A DNA stretch of 63,984 nt, filler included. It is 6 parts of 6 records of this genome, joined end to end, with 100 filler letters (N's around TTAATTAATTAA, not from the genome) between each part and the next. Parts side by side here need not be neighbours in the genome. Positions count along the whole stretch, not along the records: positions 1 to 13,789 come from SRR31147125_12391; 5 more parts are not named here. One strand, given 5' to 3'. Each line of letters starts with the position of its first letter. Positions within the stretch are counted from its first letter, which is position 1. Positions 1 through 11,641 of this stretch are shown here, piece by piece. Position numbers and translations under genes: made by a program. The notes below the pieces were generated by a model that ran no database searches, had not been told where the DNA came from, and worked only from the letters and a program-made list of their open reading frames with translations.

Positions 1-2
1 CC

Positions 3-1406
3 CCCGTTTACCTGCAGGGTATTCCTGACAAAGAAAGAGTTGCCACAACTGTAGCCAATCCTTTAAGAATGCAAATCCTCTTAATTGAAACAAAAAACAG
101 CACAAAACTACTTTTAGTCAGTGCAGATTTGTACGGCTTTGGAAACGAAATGGTGGATCTTGTCAAGAAAGAGGCCGCAAAATGGGGAGTACCCCAAGAC
201 GGCATTATTCTGAATGCTTCCGGAACCTTAAACGCTCCGGGTACCCTGCCACACACTTTCGGGATGGGGCCTTATTTCCAGGCCTACTCTATGGAAGTTG
301 CCGGAATTATCAGCAGTACCTTGCAAACGCTTCATAATGGACTTGAAGAAACACATATTTATTCGAAACCTACGGACAATAAAAACGATACAGAACCACC
401 AATTCTTCTGCTAAAACTTCAAAAAAGCCGTAAACAAATCATCATAGTCAATCCGAGCCGACACGCTTTCAAAGAGAGCACTGACAATACCATTTCTGCA
501 GGTTTATCGGGATACTGCAGAGAAATGTTGCTTAATACCACTAAAGCAGACTGCGTTATGTTTCTCCAAGGGGCCGTTACAGAGCCTTTCTCCTATTGGA
601 ATACAGCTCAATCTGACCATGACAATATGCAAAATATCTGTCAATCTCTGGTGCACGATATTGCACTAAAAATAGACACCAATACCCTCACTCCCTTGAC
701 TGTATCAGACATTGCATACCACAGCAGAGAAATGTTTCTTCCACTTAAAAAGGCACCGTCAATTGAACATATCAACGGCTTAAAGAATAACAGTGCCGAA
801 AAACCAATTATTAGAGAATGGGCATCACGACTTTCAAATGCATACCCGGCAGGTGATTTTCCTAACGCCCTTTCCATGCCAGTGAACTTAATCCGCATTG
901 GAAACACCGTCACTTTTATCTGTTTTCCTGCTGGAATATTTCCGGATTTGGCGAGCCAATTGGAAACCGAGCTAAAACAGTCGTTAAATGAAAAAAATCC
1001 GACTCAAACGATTTTTATTCTCGGATATACCAACGGATTTTTATGTTATGTACCGGATGATCAAGCAATTACTAAAGGCGATTACGACGTTGAGGGATTA
1101 CCCTACCATTTCATGATACCTTATCTATTTGATCATGGGACTGAAAAGACTTTGCTCTCAAACACAATTAAGTATTTTTCCGAAATTGTTTCCCGGTCAT
1201 ATGAATCTAAAACAACCTTTCCGGTTCCCGACTTCAACTCAGAACTCGACAACAAGCATGATAACAAACAGAGAGGACATCCAAACAATGACCGGGGACT
1301 TAGAATCTCAGACGGTTTTCCTCAAAAAAAAGACGGTTCAGACACTCTTTCAACCAAACATTTGCATCTAACCCCTGCGCAAGACATTGTATCTTCAAAG
1401 GAGAGT
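3..1406 (+). CDS. Neutral/alkaline ceramidase-like domain protein, 5'-truncated; runs in frame into the downstream epimerase
   Basis: Frame is open from the contig start (PVYLQGIPDKERVATTVANPLRMQILLIE...LVSADL...GYTNGFLCYVP...GDYDVEG), which fits the ceramidase-like pattern. The usual xTHTH motif reads ASGTL. Confidence 0.5.
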
Positions 1407-2407
1407 ATGGATTTTCGCGGTAAAAAGTTCATTGTGATCGGCGGTGCCGGATTTATCGGCTCCCATTTAGTTGGCCTATTAACAAAAGAAGATGTTGCCG
1501 AAATTCGTATTTTTGACAACTTCACACGAGGATGTGAGGAGAACATTGCGCAAGCACTGAAAGATCCCCGTGTAAAAGTCTTCGAACTGGGGGGGATCTG
1601 CTCCATCGAGATATACTGGATACCGCCATGAAAGGTATGGATGGCGTTTTCCATCTGGCAGCGCTTTGGCTTTTACACTGTCATGACTTCCCCCGCTCTG
1701 CATTTGAGGTGAACATGGGCGGAACATTCAATGTTCTTGAAGCGATGTTGAATAACGGAGTTCGGCGTCTTGTCTACTCATCATCGGCAAGCGTTTATGG
1801 CGATGCCGTTGAAGAGCCCATGACGGAAGACCACCCTTACAACAACACTAATTTTTATGGGGCCACAAAAATTGCCGGTGAACAGATGTGCCGCGCACTC
1901 TATCACAGATACAAAGATACGGACAAATTTTTCAACTATACCGGATTGCGCTATATGAATGTATACGGCCCCAGACAGGATTACCAAGGTGCCTATATCG
2001 CTGTGATCATGAAAATATTGGATCGTTTGGATCAAGGCCTATCCCCGCTCGTTTATGGGGACGGTTCACAAGCATATGATTTCATCTATGTCGAAGATTG
2101 TGCTCAGGCCAACATCGATGCCATGAAATCCAACGCCACCGATGCATTTTACAATGTGGGAACCGGTATAAAGACATCCATCAAAGAGCTGACGGAACTG
2201 CTTATTGAAATCACCGGATCGGAAATGGAGATCCAATATGAACCGGCCGGGCTGACATTCGTTAAAAATCGTGTCGGTTCACCGGTCAAAGCGGAAAACG
2301 AAATCGCCTTTAAGTCCAAGAACGATCTGAGAGAGGGTCTCATACGTCTAATTGAGTGGCGTAATGCTCACAAAAAAAGTTTACAAAAACTTCGTACAAA
2401 CGCATAA
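1407..2407 (+). CDS. NAD-dependent epimerase/dehydratase (extended SDR), split by a frameshift in a G7 run at 1589-1595
   Basis: RBS AAGGAG before ATG 1407; GGAGFIGS Rossmann motif; SSSASVYG and YGATK motifs in ORF 1628-2407. Adding one G joins the halves (ELGGDLLHRDILDTAMKG). Confidence 0.9.
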
Positions 2408-2440
2408 AGAACAAAAATGACGCACTATAAGGTATGAAAA

Positions 2441-3553
2441 ATGACCATTGAAATCCCATTGATCAAGCCCTATCTCAATGACGAGATGAAAAAAGAGGTA
2501 CTTGATGTACTTGACAGCGGTTATTGGACGGAAGGCGAGGTTACTCGTCAATTTGAAAAAGCTGTAAAAGAATATTTGGGTGCAAAGAACGTACTTGCTG
2601 TATGTAATTGTACGGTAGGTCTTGAAATGGCACTACGAGCGCTGAATATCGGTCCGGGGGACGAAGTCATTGTACCGGATTACACCTATCCGGCCACAGC
2701 GGCTGTCGTCTGCATCGTCGGTGCAACCCCGGTGATTGTGGATGTCCGGAAGGACAGTATGCTTATAGATATGGAAGAGCTTGAAAGTGCCATCACCTCT
2801 AAGACTAAAGCGGTGATTCCGGTCTCTCTCTTTGGAAATCCTTTGGATTATGAACGTTTATTGGGCATAAAACAGAAATACGGTATTTGGATTATAGAAG
2901 ATGCCGCATGTTCCCTGGGTGCGGAATTTGATGGCGTCAAAATAGGGAATCAGGCGGATATCACTGTCTTCAGTCTCCACCCCCGAAAATTTATCACAAC
3001 GGGAGAAGGGGGACTTGTCACCACCAACGACGACGATCTTGCCCTTTGGATGAAGTCGTATAAACATTTTGGAATGGCTCTCCAGGATACCCAAGGTCAT
3101 CCAACTTTTGAACGAATCGGAACCAACTACAAACTGAGCAATCTTCAGGCTGCGTTGGGGCTTGTACAGATGAGGCATGTAGAGAAACTACTCTCTAAAA
3201 GACGCAAGTTTGCTTTTCAATATTATGACGCTTTAAAAACAGTTGAGGGAATTTCCATTCCCCAAACCGTTAAAAAAGGGAAACACTCATTTCAATCTTG
3301 CTGTATTTTCATTGAAAAGAGAGATCTCATTATTAAATCCCTTGCCAAAGCAGGAATACAAACTCAAATCGGGACATACTCTTTACACATGCAAAAAGCG
3401 TTTCGCCAACAATCAAATTGCATTATTTCTCGTACAATGGAGAAAAGCAAATTTGCTTACAATCACTGTCTAACTTTGCCTTTGTTCAATGAAATGACCT
3501 CAACCACACAAAATTATGTCATTAAAAAACTTATCGACATTACAAACGATTAA
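2441..3553 (+). CDS. DegT/DnrJ/EryC1/StrS PLP-dependent sugar aminotransferase
   Basis: IGPGDEVIVP, IEDAACSLG, FSLHPRKFITTGEGG and GTNYKLS motifs. Confidence 0.93.
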   Translation: MTIEIPLIKPYLNDEMKKEVLDVLDSGYWTEGEVTRQFEKAVKEYLGAKNVLAVCNCTVGLEMALRALNIGPGDEVIVPDYTYPATAAVVCIVGATPVIVDVRKDSMLIDMEELESAITSKTKAVIPVSLFGNPLDYERLLGIKQKYGIWIIEDAACSLGAEFDGVKIGNQADITVFSLHPRKFITTGEGGLVTTNDDDLALWMKSYKHFGMALQDTQGHPTFERIGTNYKLSNLQAALGLVQMRHVEKLLSKRRKFAFQYYDALKTVEGISIPQTVKKGKHSFQSCCIFIEKRDLIIKSLAKAGIQTQIGTYSLHMQKAFRQQSNCIISRTMEKSKFAYNHCLTLPLFNEMTSTTQNYVIKKLIDITND

Positions 3554-3558
3554 AACAT

Positions 3559-4629
3559 TTGATTCGCCATACAATACCGAAACTAATAACGAACGTATCA
3601 AGCCATCTGATGCAACAGAGAGGAGATGAATTCCCAACTTTGACTACCATGATAGAATTGCAAGCAGATGTTTTTCATTATTTAAATTTACAAGAGAAAA
3701 GGAACCAATCTCGTTGCTTTAAAGCACACTATCAAACGCCAATGGTATTCAGTGGCGTCTTAGGTTGGCAAGTCAGTCCAAACAGAACCATTTTCAACGA
3801 TAAAAAAACGGCCTGCGACTCTAGCCAACTCCATGCATATGGTGAAGATACAATCGGCTTGTTCGGAGGTTCCACTGCATGGGGCTGGGGATTACCCAAA
3901 CAATCAAATATGTTTGCTGATATTATTGCCCAAAAAAAAGGGATCACAATCAAAAATTACTCGCAGCCTGCATACAATTTGTACAAATGTTCATCTCAAA
4001 TACGCTTACTCTCCCTTTCCGGGACGCTTCCGAAAAAAAACATCATTTATTTTGGAATTAATGAAGCGTTTTGCTTTTCAAAAGGAATGCCTCTTTTCGA
4101 ATCTCCCAAAGATTGTTCAATCAAAAAGAACGCGGGATCATTTGAGATATTTTACTTTTCAAGAAAAATGACAATAAAAAAATGGTTACGCGTCATCAAA
4201 AACCATGCCTCACATGAGCAGCCATCAAAACCAATTCAGCCACCCATCGATTTCCTTGATCGGCAAATGGACTTTCTTTTCCGACTGATAGATGAAATTA
4301 TCTATTATTGTGGTGGAAAAAAAAACATTGCCTTTGTTCTTGAGCCGGCACTTTTTTTTAAACCTCTCCTTTCACCATCCGAAGCTCGATACATTAAAAA
4401 TTACACGGCATATGTGCCAAAGACTATCTATACCTACACCTATCTTTATGATAAATTACTAACCTATGCCTTACAAAAAAAATGGATAATGATTGATACA
4501 AGACCAATCCTCCACGGATTGCAGGAACCGTTATATTGGGATTATTGTCATCCGAGCGCCACTCTCAGCAAACTATTGGCAACCAACCTAAACAAAAATT
4601 TATCAATGTGGCTCTCGACTGAGGGATAA
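3559..4629 (+). CDS. SGNH/GDSL-like hydrolase domain protein
   Basis: FGGSTAWG (block I), YFGINE (block III) and DYCHP (block V). Start codon uncertain. Confidence 0.6.
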   Translation: MIRHTIPKLITNVSSHLMQQRGDEFPTLTTMIELQADVFHYLNLQEKRNQSRCFKAHYQTPMVFSGVLGWQVSPNRTIFNDKKTACDSSQLHAYGEDTIGLFGGSTAWGWGLPKQSNMFADIIAQKKGITIKNYSQPAYNLYKCSSQIRLLSLSGTLPKKNIIYFGINEAFCFSKGMPLFESPKDCSIKKNAGSFEIFYFSRKMTIKKWLRVIKNHASHEQPSKPIQPPIDFLDRQMDFLFRLIDEIIYYCGGKKNIAFVLEPALFFKPLLSPSEARYIKNYTAYVPKTIYTYTYLYDKLLTYALQKKWIMIDTRPILHGLQEPLYWDYCHPSATLSKLLATNLNKNLSMWLSTEG

Positions 4630-4888
4630 AATAGGTCCTTTACTCCATAAGAGCCCATTACACATTATAAACATTCTTTGAAAAACTGAGATATCAATAT
4701 TGCTCTGAAGAATATAAGAGCCTGAATTTCTAAACAGGCTCTAGTACAATCGGGCGTTAATTGTCATATGCCTTGGTTTCATTGAAAACGGGGGTTCAGC
4801 CCTCAAAAAGCACTCTGTAATTTACTCCAAACTGTACGAGAACATCATACAGCGCAGATTTGAATTCAACAAAATAGAGCAACTCATT

Positions 4889-5977
4889 ATGGCAGAACAA
4901 CTCACAATTTTAGTCACGGCTGTTTCAGGAACCAATACTGGAACCCAAATTCTTGAGGCTCTGGAAATGGCTAATAAACGCTATAACGTAATAACAGCGG
5001 ATATCAACCCCCAGGCATTCGCCTCGACCCTTCCCAATACGTTCTACACGTTGCCACCAGCCAAAGATAAAAGCTATCTCCATGCACTGCTTGAAGTGTG
5101 CCAAAAAGAACACGTACAAGCCGTAGCACCGGGATCTGAACCGGAATTGTCTCTTTTAGTACAAAAGAAAAAAGAACTTGAAGCACACTCGATAACACTC
5201 TTGGCAAACACTTCTGATGTGGTTAAGATCTGCCAAGATAAAATTGAGACCATTCAATTTCTTTCCGAGCACAATTTTCCATATTTACCGACGACCGTCA
5301 TTGATTTTTCACAGCCGCCTAAGGAAATGACCCATCGTGTTTTATCAACCCTTCGACTTCCCATTGTACTAAAACCATATCGAAATACAGGTGGATCAAA
5401 CAATGTCTACCTAATTCAAGAGCGCCATGAGTTACCCATTTATCATCAGCTTCTTAAACATATGAATATCCCGTTCATCGCTCAGGAATATGAAGGAAAT
5501 TCCGACAACGAATACACTGTCGGAGTGATGTCTGGACCGGATGGACACGCATTCAGCTCATTTGCGCTCAAACGAAAAATCGATACAACGTTGACACGCA
5601 AACTTCATGAAAAAAATCGTAATAAAAGTCGTATCAAAGACGATTACCTGACCATTTCATCCGGCATTTCTCAAGGATTTGTTGATGATTACCGCGACAT
5701 ACGCCTTTTTTGCCAAACTGTAGCCAATACACTGGGATCGACCGGCCCTTTGAATATCCAGTGCCGTAAAACCGACCGGGGGATCATGATTTTCGAAATC
5801 AACCCTCGTTTTTCAGGTACCACATCGATCCGTGCACTATGTGGTCACAACGATTTGGATTTGATCATCCGTCGCCATATTTACCATGAGAACATTTCTC
5901 AACCACGCTATAAACGCGGACTTGTCATCCGCTCTCTTCACAATAGACTTTTGGAGATTGACAATGAACAAACGTGA
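4889..5977 (+). CDS. ATP-grasp protein (carbamoyl-phosphate synthase large-chain-like)
   Basis: PGSEPEL, CQDK, PIVLKP...GGS, QEY...EYTV and NIQ...IFEINPRFSGT motifs. Confidence 0.88.
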   Translation: MAEQLTILVTAVSGTNTGTQILEALEMANKRYNVITADINPQAFASTLPNTFYTLPPAKDKSYLHALLEVCQKEHVQAVAPGSEPELSLLVQKKKELEAHSITLLANTSDVVKICQDKIETIQFLSEHNFPYLPTTVIDFSQPPKEMTHRVLSTLRLPIVLKPYRNTGGSNNVYLIQERHELPIYHQLLKHMNIPFIAQEYEGNSDNEYTVGVMSGPDGHAFSSFALKRKIDTTLTRKLHEKNRNKSRIKDDYLTISSGISQGFVDDYRDIRLFCQTVANTLGSTGPLNIQCRKTDRGIMIFEINPRFSGTTSIRALCGHNDLDLIIRRHIYHENISQPRYKRGLVIRSLHNRLLEIDNEQT

Positions 5978-7220
5978 CTCAACTATCACTCATCACAAGC
6001 GATTTAACAGCTTAGACTATCTGATTCGAGACCTTTGTACTCAGTTCCGTCGACTCTCTTTTGGGCATACCGTATGGAGAGGTTCAACATACTGTCCATA
6101 CCCACCTAGAAAAATTGCCATTGAACCCAGTTCATTTTGCAATCTCAATTGTATCCATTGCGCCCATGGAATCGGTTCGGATGGGAAAGAACGCTTTCGC
6201 CGTAAAAAGAGTTTATTAGACTTCGATTTATACAAAAAGATAACTGACGAAGCCTCCCAATTCAAATACTCCACCCGGTTTGTTTTCGCCCTCATGGGTG
6301 AGCCGTTGATGAACAAAAAATTTGTTGAAATGATTGCATATGCTCACAAAAAAGGTGTCTGGACACAACTGAACACCAATGCGGTATTATTGGATCCACA
6401 CACGGCTGAATTGCTTATTGATGCCGGTCTTGACATGATTTATCTTTCATTGGATGGGATAACCAAAGAAACCTATGAAAAAATCAGACAACGTAGTGAC
6501 TTCTCAAAAGTTTATGAAAATGTCATCAATTTTATTGAACTGAAATTTAAAAAAAACGCAAAAGATCTAATCATCCACGTTGGTATGACCGGTGAGGCTG
6601 AAAATAGTCATGAACTCGATATCTTTTTCCGAGAAATGCAGAAACTTCCAGTCAACGGTGTGTACAGCCCACTACTTTTCAATTGGAATGGCGAAATTGA
6701 ATGGGCCAACAGTGAATTGGAAAAATTAAACCGCCTCAATACAGGCCAACGCGCACCGGCATGCAACCCTACGTTCGATATGTGCGGTATACAGGCCAAT
6801 GGCAATTTTACAGCCTGCATATATGATCATGAAGGAAAACATATTTCCGGCAATGTAAAAGACAACACCATACTTGAACTATGGAACAACAAAAGAACCC
6901 GCCGACTCAGGAAAGCCGTTTTAGATGGCAAATATTCTGAGGTTGAAAAAAATGGTCCACTTTGTTCTATGTGCACTCTTAAATACAACCCTGTATATCA
7001 AATCGACAATCGGTTACTTGGAAATCTAAAAAACACCGCACAATGGAGTAGTAAGGCTTTAATAGAATTTTTCGACACCCCGCTTCGTCATCGCCGATTA
7101 AACAAAAAAGCAGCATGGTTGATGGCCAATAAAGAGGCATTTTTAAATGACTTGAATGCCAATCATTATTCTCAGAAAAAAATCGATATGATGAAGTCAG
7201 GGATCGCGGCGTCATATTGA
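5964..7220 (+). CDS. Radical SAM protein with SPASM/twitch domain
   Basis: CNLNCIHC motif, GEPL, LNTNA, SLDG...YEKIR, and C-terminal Cys (ACNPT...ACIYD...GNVK...CSMC). ATG 5964 follows GGAG. Confidence 0.9.
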   Translation: MNKRDSTITHHKRFNSLDYLIRDLCTQFRRLSFGHTVWRGSTYCPYPPRKIAIEPSSFCNLNCIHCAHGIGSDGKERFRRKKSLLDFDLYKKITDEASQFKYSTRFVFALMGEPLMNKKFVEMIAYAHKKGVWTQLNTNAVLLDPHTAELLIDAGLDMIYLSLDGITKETYEKIRQRSDFSKVYENVINFIELKFKKNAKDLIIHVGMTGEAENSHELDIFFREMQKLPVNGVYSPLLFNWNGEIEWANSELEKLNRLNTGQRAPACNPTFDMCGIQANGNFTACIYDHEGKHISGNVKDNTILELWNNKRTRRLRKAVLDGKYSEVEKNGPLCSMCTLKYNPVYQIDNRLLGNLKNTAQWSSKALIEFFDTPLRHRRLNKKAAWLMANKEAFLNDLNANHYSQKKIDMMKSGIAASY

Positions 7221-7245
7221 TCAAAAATTAAAACGACGGCATACT

Positions 7246-8178
7246 ATGAATATTTTAATCACAGGCGCCACGGGTTTTTTAGGAGAACATCTCACTCAAA
7301 AATTACTTTACAAAGGCCATCGACTCACTCTGGTTTCCTCACGTCCCGTTCAAAACAAAAGAGATGGGGTAAAATATCTGCAATTAGATCTCACTGAAAA
7401 CTCAAGTGTCATCCCATTGTCAAGGCAATTAATGTCGTGCGATAAAGCCTTTTTTTTAGCTGCCGTACTTCCGCCTCATATAAATCATGCTGAAAAAACC
7501 ATAAAAATCGACCAACACAGTGCCCACGCATTGGCCTTGTCATCATGCCCGGAAGCAACCTATCTTTCAGGGTTGACTGTATTTGAACAACATGATGATT
7601 TCACTGTAGATGAAGAGACCAGTCCCAGTCATGATCTTCCACCTTATTTTGAAGCGAAACGAAGAGGGGAAAGCCTTTTCTTAGCGCTTAACAAAAAAAA
7701 AAACGCCGTAAAAGTATTGCGAATCAATGCACCATACGGTCCCGGCATGACACAGAGGCATGTCATTCCCACTTTTTTATCTCAAGCACTTCAAAATACT
7801 CCCCTCACTGTTTATGGAAACGGGCAACGCGTGCAACAATTTACATGGATTGGAGACATCATCCACATCCTCGCCTCCATAGAAAAAATCCCGACCGGAA
7901 TATCCCATTTCTGCGGCCCGGATCGAGTGACAATGAAAGCGTTGGCCAACATCTCTGCTTCAATTTGTAACTCCAACGCCCCCATCACTCATATGGGTGA
8001 TGATACAAGCCCGAGTTGCCCGCGGATCAAGCCGGATCGTCTGGAAGCAATTTGGCCTAGAGCAAAACGAACCTCTTTGCTCAAAGGGCTGTCGTACTTT
8101 TCCAATTTCATTTCAAACGCACAATACCCACCGAATATTGATTTCAAGCTATACCCGGGGAGGAAGACGTCTGCATGA
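7246..8178 (+). CDS. NAD-dependent epimerase/dehydratase
   Basis: ILITGATGFLG, YFEAK (YxxxK) and LRINAPYGPG motifs. Confidence 0.88.
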   Translation: MNILITGATGFLGEHLTQKLLYKGHRLTLVSSRPVQNKRDGVKYLQLDLTENSSVIPLSRQLMSCDKAFFLAAVLPPHINHAEKTIKIDQHSAHALALSSCPEATYLSGLTVFEQHDDFTVDEETSPSHDLPPYFEAKRRGESLFLALNKKKNAVKVLRINAPYGPGMTQRHVIPTFLSQALQNTPLTVYGNGQRVQQFTWIGDIIHILASIEKIPTGISHFCGPDRVTMKALANISASICNSNAPITHMGDDTSPSCPRIKPDRLEAIWPRAKRTSLLKGLSYFSNFISNAQYPPNIDFKLYPGRKTSA

Positions 8179-8909
8179 ACTCGATAACCGATTTGATTAT
8201 AACACTGGATGTTGATTGGGCTCCTGATTTCATGATTGACCACGTGGCTCAAATATTGATCGATGCCCAAGTCAAAGCCACATGGTTTGTCACACACCCT
8301 TCCAAATCAATAGACAGGCTTAATACATTTAACGATTTATTTGAATTAGGAATTCATCCCAATCCACTTCATGGCTCAACACATGGAAAGACAGAAGATG
8401 AGGTATTAACATATACCCGGAACCTGCTACCCCACGCCTCCAGCATGAGAACTCATGGATTGTATCAAACTTCCAATTGGTTGATAAAAGCCGCTAAAAA
8501 TTACGACATTAAAATCGATGTATCCCTGTTCCTCCCTAGGGCAACGCATTTACAGATGCATCAAATCAAATGGTATGGTGCATCCATATGGAGAATTCCC
8601 TATTTCTGGGCTGATGACTCTGAAATGTTTGAAAATCAGCCGTTATGGACACCATCAGATTCCCTGATAAAAACCCCTGGACTAAAAGTGTTTGATTTTC
8701 ACCCCATTCATATTATGTTGAATACTGACCGCTTTGAAAAATATGAATATCTCAAACAAATCCGTCCACTAGCGCTTTGGGATGAAGAGTTTACTCAAAC
8801 ACATGTTTATCACGGTTATGGTCCCAGAGTAATGTTTTTAGAACTTATGGAAAAACTGTCAGGAAAAGGAACCCAGATCAATGAATTGGTGGGTATGGAG
8901 AGGATATGA
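8175..8909 (+). CDS. Polysaccharide deacetylase-like protein (WbmS-like)
   Basis: TLDVDWAPD, ATWFVTH, FELGIHPN, RTHGL and FDFHPIH motifs. Confidence 0.8.
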   Translation: MNSITDLIITLDVDWAPDFMIDHVAQILIDAQVKATWFVTHPSKSIDRLNTFNDLFELGIHPNPLHGSTHGKTEDEVLTYTRNLLPHASSMRTHGLYQTSNWLIKAAKNYDIKIDVSLFLPRATHLQMHQIKWYGASIWRIPYFWADDSEMFENQPLWTPSDSLIKTPGLKVFDFHPIHIMLNTDRFEKYEYLKQIRPLALWDEEFTQTHVYHGYGPRVMFLELMEKLSGKGTQINELVGMERI

Positions 8910-9898
8910 GAGTTGCAATCATCGGACGCAGTCAAATCCTTTACGAGACGGCACTGACACTTCGTGAAAACGGCCATCAAATTTGTGTAATTATTACGGC
9001 AAAAGCGGCACCGGAATATAACCGAAACGAAGAGGATTTTAAAAAACTTGCAAAAAAATGCAATGCTCAATTCTTTTTGACAACCACTTTACAAGAAAAA
9101 TCCATTCTAAAGGCTTGTAAAGGGCTGGATATCGGAATAAGCATCAACTGGATTTCAATCATCCGCCAGGAAATCATCAATTCATTTCATTTAGGCATTC
9201 TCAACGCCCATCATGGAGATTTACCAAGATATAGAGGGAATGCATGTTCAAACTGGGCGCTCATCAATAACGAAAAGCAAGTGACCAATACAATACATTT
9301 CGTAGAAAGTGATCAACTCGATTGTGGAAGAATCATCTGCCAAAAACACTATCCTGTTAATCAAGAAACAACAATAACCGATATCTATCAATGGACGGAA
9401 CGGATCACCCCTTTGCTTTTTATCAACGCGCTTGACGAATTACATAAGAATAATTCACATATGCTGAAGTACGCTTCTTTGGAGGATCCTACAGCCTTTC
9501 GATGCTACCCACGACGACCTGAAGACGGATTTATTGAATGGACATGGTCAGTAAAGAAGATTCACAATCTCATCCGCGCAGTTTGCCATCCTTTCTCCGG
9601 AGCCTATACCTTTCATTGGTGCAACAATGAAGTGAAAAAACTTTTCATCTTAAAAAGTCGAATTGCAACCCTGACAACTCAAGATCTCGCCATTCCGGGG
9701 CATGTTTTGAAAAACAACAAGGAGACCGGAGAAAGTTTTATACAGTGCGGCGATGGCGTACTCGCCTTGTTGCAATGTCGTTATGAAGAGAGTATGGAAG
9801 CGTTTTCTCCAGGTGAGAAATGGCGATCAATTCGGATGAGATTAGGAGTCCGAGTTGAAGATTGGCTCTGGGCAATTACAAAACAGCAAAAAAATTGA
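8906..9898 (+). CDS. Sugar N-formyltransferase (Fmt/ArnA-like)
   Basis: LNAHHGDLPRYRGNA and LDCGRII motifs; C-terminal domain DGFIEW...IRAVCHPFSGA. Confidence 0.88.
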   Translation: MRVAIIGRSQILYETALTLRENGHQICVIITAKAAPEYNRNEEDFKKLAKKCNAQFFLTTTLQEKSILKACKGLDIGISINWISIIRQEIINSFHLGILNAHHGDLPRYRGNACSNWALINNEKQVTNTIHFVESDQLDCGRIICQKHYPVNQETTITDIYQWTERITPLLFINALDELHKNNSHMLKYASLEDPTAFRCYPRRPEDGFIEWTWSVKKIHNLIRAVCHPFSGAYTFHWCNNEVKKLFILKSRIATLTTQDLAIPGHVLKNNKETGESFIQCGDGVLALLQCRYEESMEAFSPGEKWRSIRMRLGVRVEDWLWAITKQQKN

Positions 9899-9915
9899 CT
9901 ACTTCAAGGATAGCA

Positions 9916-10329
9916 ATGAACGACCGAATGACTCATGGAGAGCGCCTCTTTTCACAAGGTAAAATTGATCAAGCGCTGACAATATTTAAAAAGATCATAC
10001 AAGATCATCCCGATAATTCCCAAGCTTATAACAATTTGGGGGTCATATATTTCCATCTGGATCAAATTGAATCTGCCATCACCGCTTTTTATCAGGCACT
10101 CAACATCAATCCGACTTACAAATGTGCGATTCTCAATCTCTCAGATATTTTCAAGAAACAACACCAAATCACATTACTGCAACCTATTTTGCAAAAAGCA
10201 CTATTGAATTCTCCAAAAGATGTTGATTTTGTCCGGTTGATGCAAGAAATATCTTCACACATTCCAAATTCAGACACCAATACAATCTCTTCCAACGTAT
10301 CGTTCCCCTCCTTTCTCAAGTTGCTTTGA
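9916..10329 (+). CDS. TPR-repeat protein (possibly the N-terminus of the downstream glycosyltransferase)
   Basis: GKIDQALTIFKKII...AYNNLGVIYFHLDQIESAITAFYQALNINP TPR repeats. Confidence 0.8.
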   Translation: MNDRMTHGERLFSQGKIDQALTIFKKIIQDHPDNSQAYNNLGVIYFHLDQIESAITAFYQALNINPTYKCAILNLSDIFKKQHQITLLQPILQKALLNSPKDVDFVRLMQEISSHIPNSDTNTISSNVSFPSFLKLL

Positions 10330-11524
10330 GTGAGAAGACAATTCTCCACTGCCCTTTTGAAATTGCCGGGAACATGGCAAGAATCACCAAACATCTCAAA
10401 CGCAACGGTATCAATGCAACGAGTGTCAATTATTATGATTCATGGCTCCAGTATCAATGCGATACCAATCTACATATAAATCGGCACTCATCTGAAAAGC
10501 AGCAGGAAATAATCGCTCAATTTGCAGTCGAGGCCATTGAAAAATACGACATCTTCCATTTTCACTTTTCACACTCTCTTTATCCGGACTTTAGGGACCT
10601 TGAGGAGATCAAAAAAAGAGACAAAAATATTGTTTTCTCATTTTGGGGAAGTGACCAAAGAAGTCCGGAGTGGATTTTATACCAGCAAGCACGCTTTCTC
10701 GGTTATGCCCCCCTAAGCCTCATTTTATCACCTTAAACCAATATCATACCCATAAACTCATCAATCGATATGCCGATGTCATGCTGGGGACAACCTGTAT
10801 CCCGCGAGGCGTATTCATTCCGGGAATGGTCGATGCCCAAGAGTGGTGCATTGAAGAAAAGAATCGAATCATCGATAAAAATAAAATCACAAAAAAACCA
10901 GAAATCACATACTTTCTCCATGCACCGTCAAATAATTGGAAGAAAGGGTCTTCCATTATTCTGAATCTTTTTGATGAGCTAAAAACCGAAGGAGCCCCCA
11001 TTGAATTACTGCATGTCAATAAATTGCCCCCAAAAAAAGCCAAAGAAATTTATGCCTATGCCGACTATGCCATTGACCAAGTGGGTATCGGGACATTTGG
11101 CCTGTTTGGTTTAGAGATGATGTGCTGGGAAATTCCGGTGTTGGCCTATCATGTCCCCCTTTTTGACAAGATGAGAAACTATCCACCGGCTATACCAATC
11201 ACCAAAGAAAACTTTAAACGTCAAATGTTACGATGTATTGAGATGAAAAAAACAGAAGAGATAAAAACCCTTCAAAAACAATCACGTAATTGGATATTGA
11301 AAAATGCGGATATCTCTTCATCCATATCGCAATATATCCAAATATACCAAAATCTGGCAATCGGAAATTCGATCAAACAACATGCCAATAAATCATGGTA
11401 TGATCAAGAGTACAAACTACAGCAGGGGATCAAGTCGGATTTCTATAACTACATGATAGAACACAATGTATTTCAAAAGTTGAATCAACCCATTCCGGAA
11501 TATGACAAACGCCTTTACACTTGA
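10326..11524 (+). CDS. Glycosyltransferase-like protein (GT-B fold), frameshifted at C6 run 10708-10713
   Basis: YDIFHFHF...FWGSDQR in the first half; LHAPSNNWKKGS...ADYAIDQ...GLFGLEMMCWEIPV in the second. One extra C restores the frame. Confidence 0.75.
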
Positions 11525-11641
11525 ACGGCTGATGGATTAACTTAGGAACGAGAATCCGATATCACTTTCCGAACTTAAAAAAGAAATCACCTTCATTCAC
11601 CGATGGGGGACTTTCAATCATAAAAAGGTATCATCAATCAA

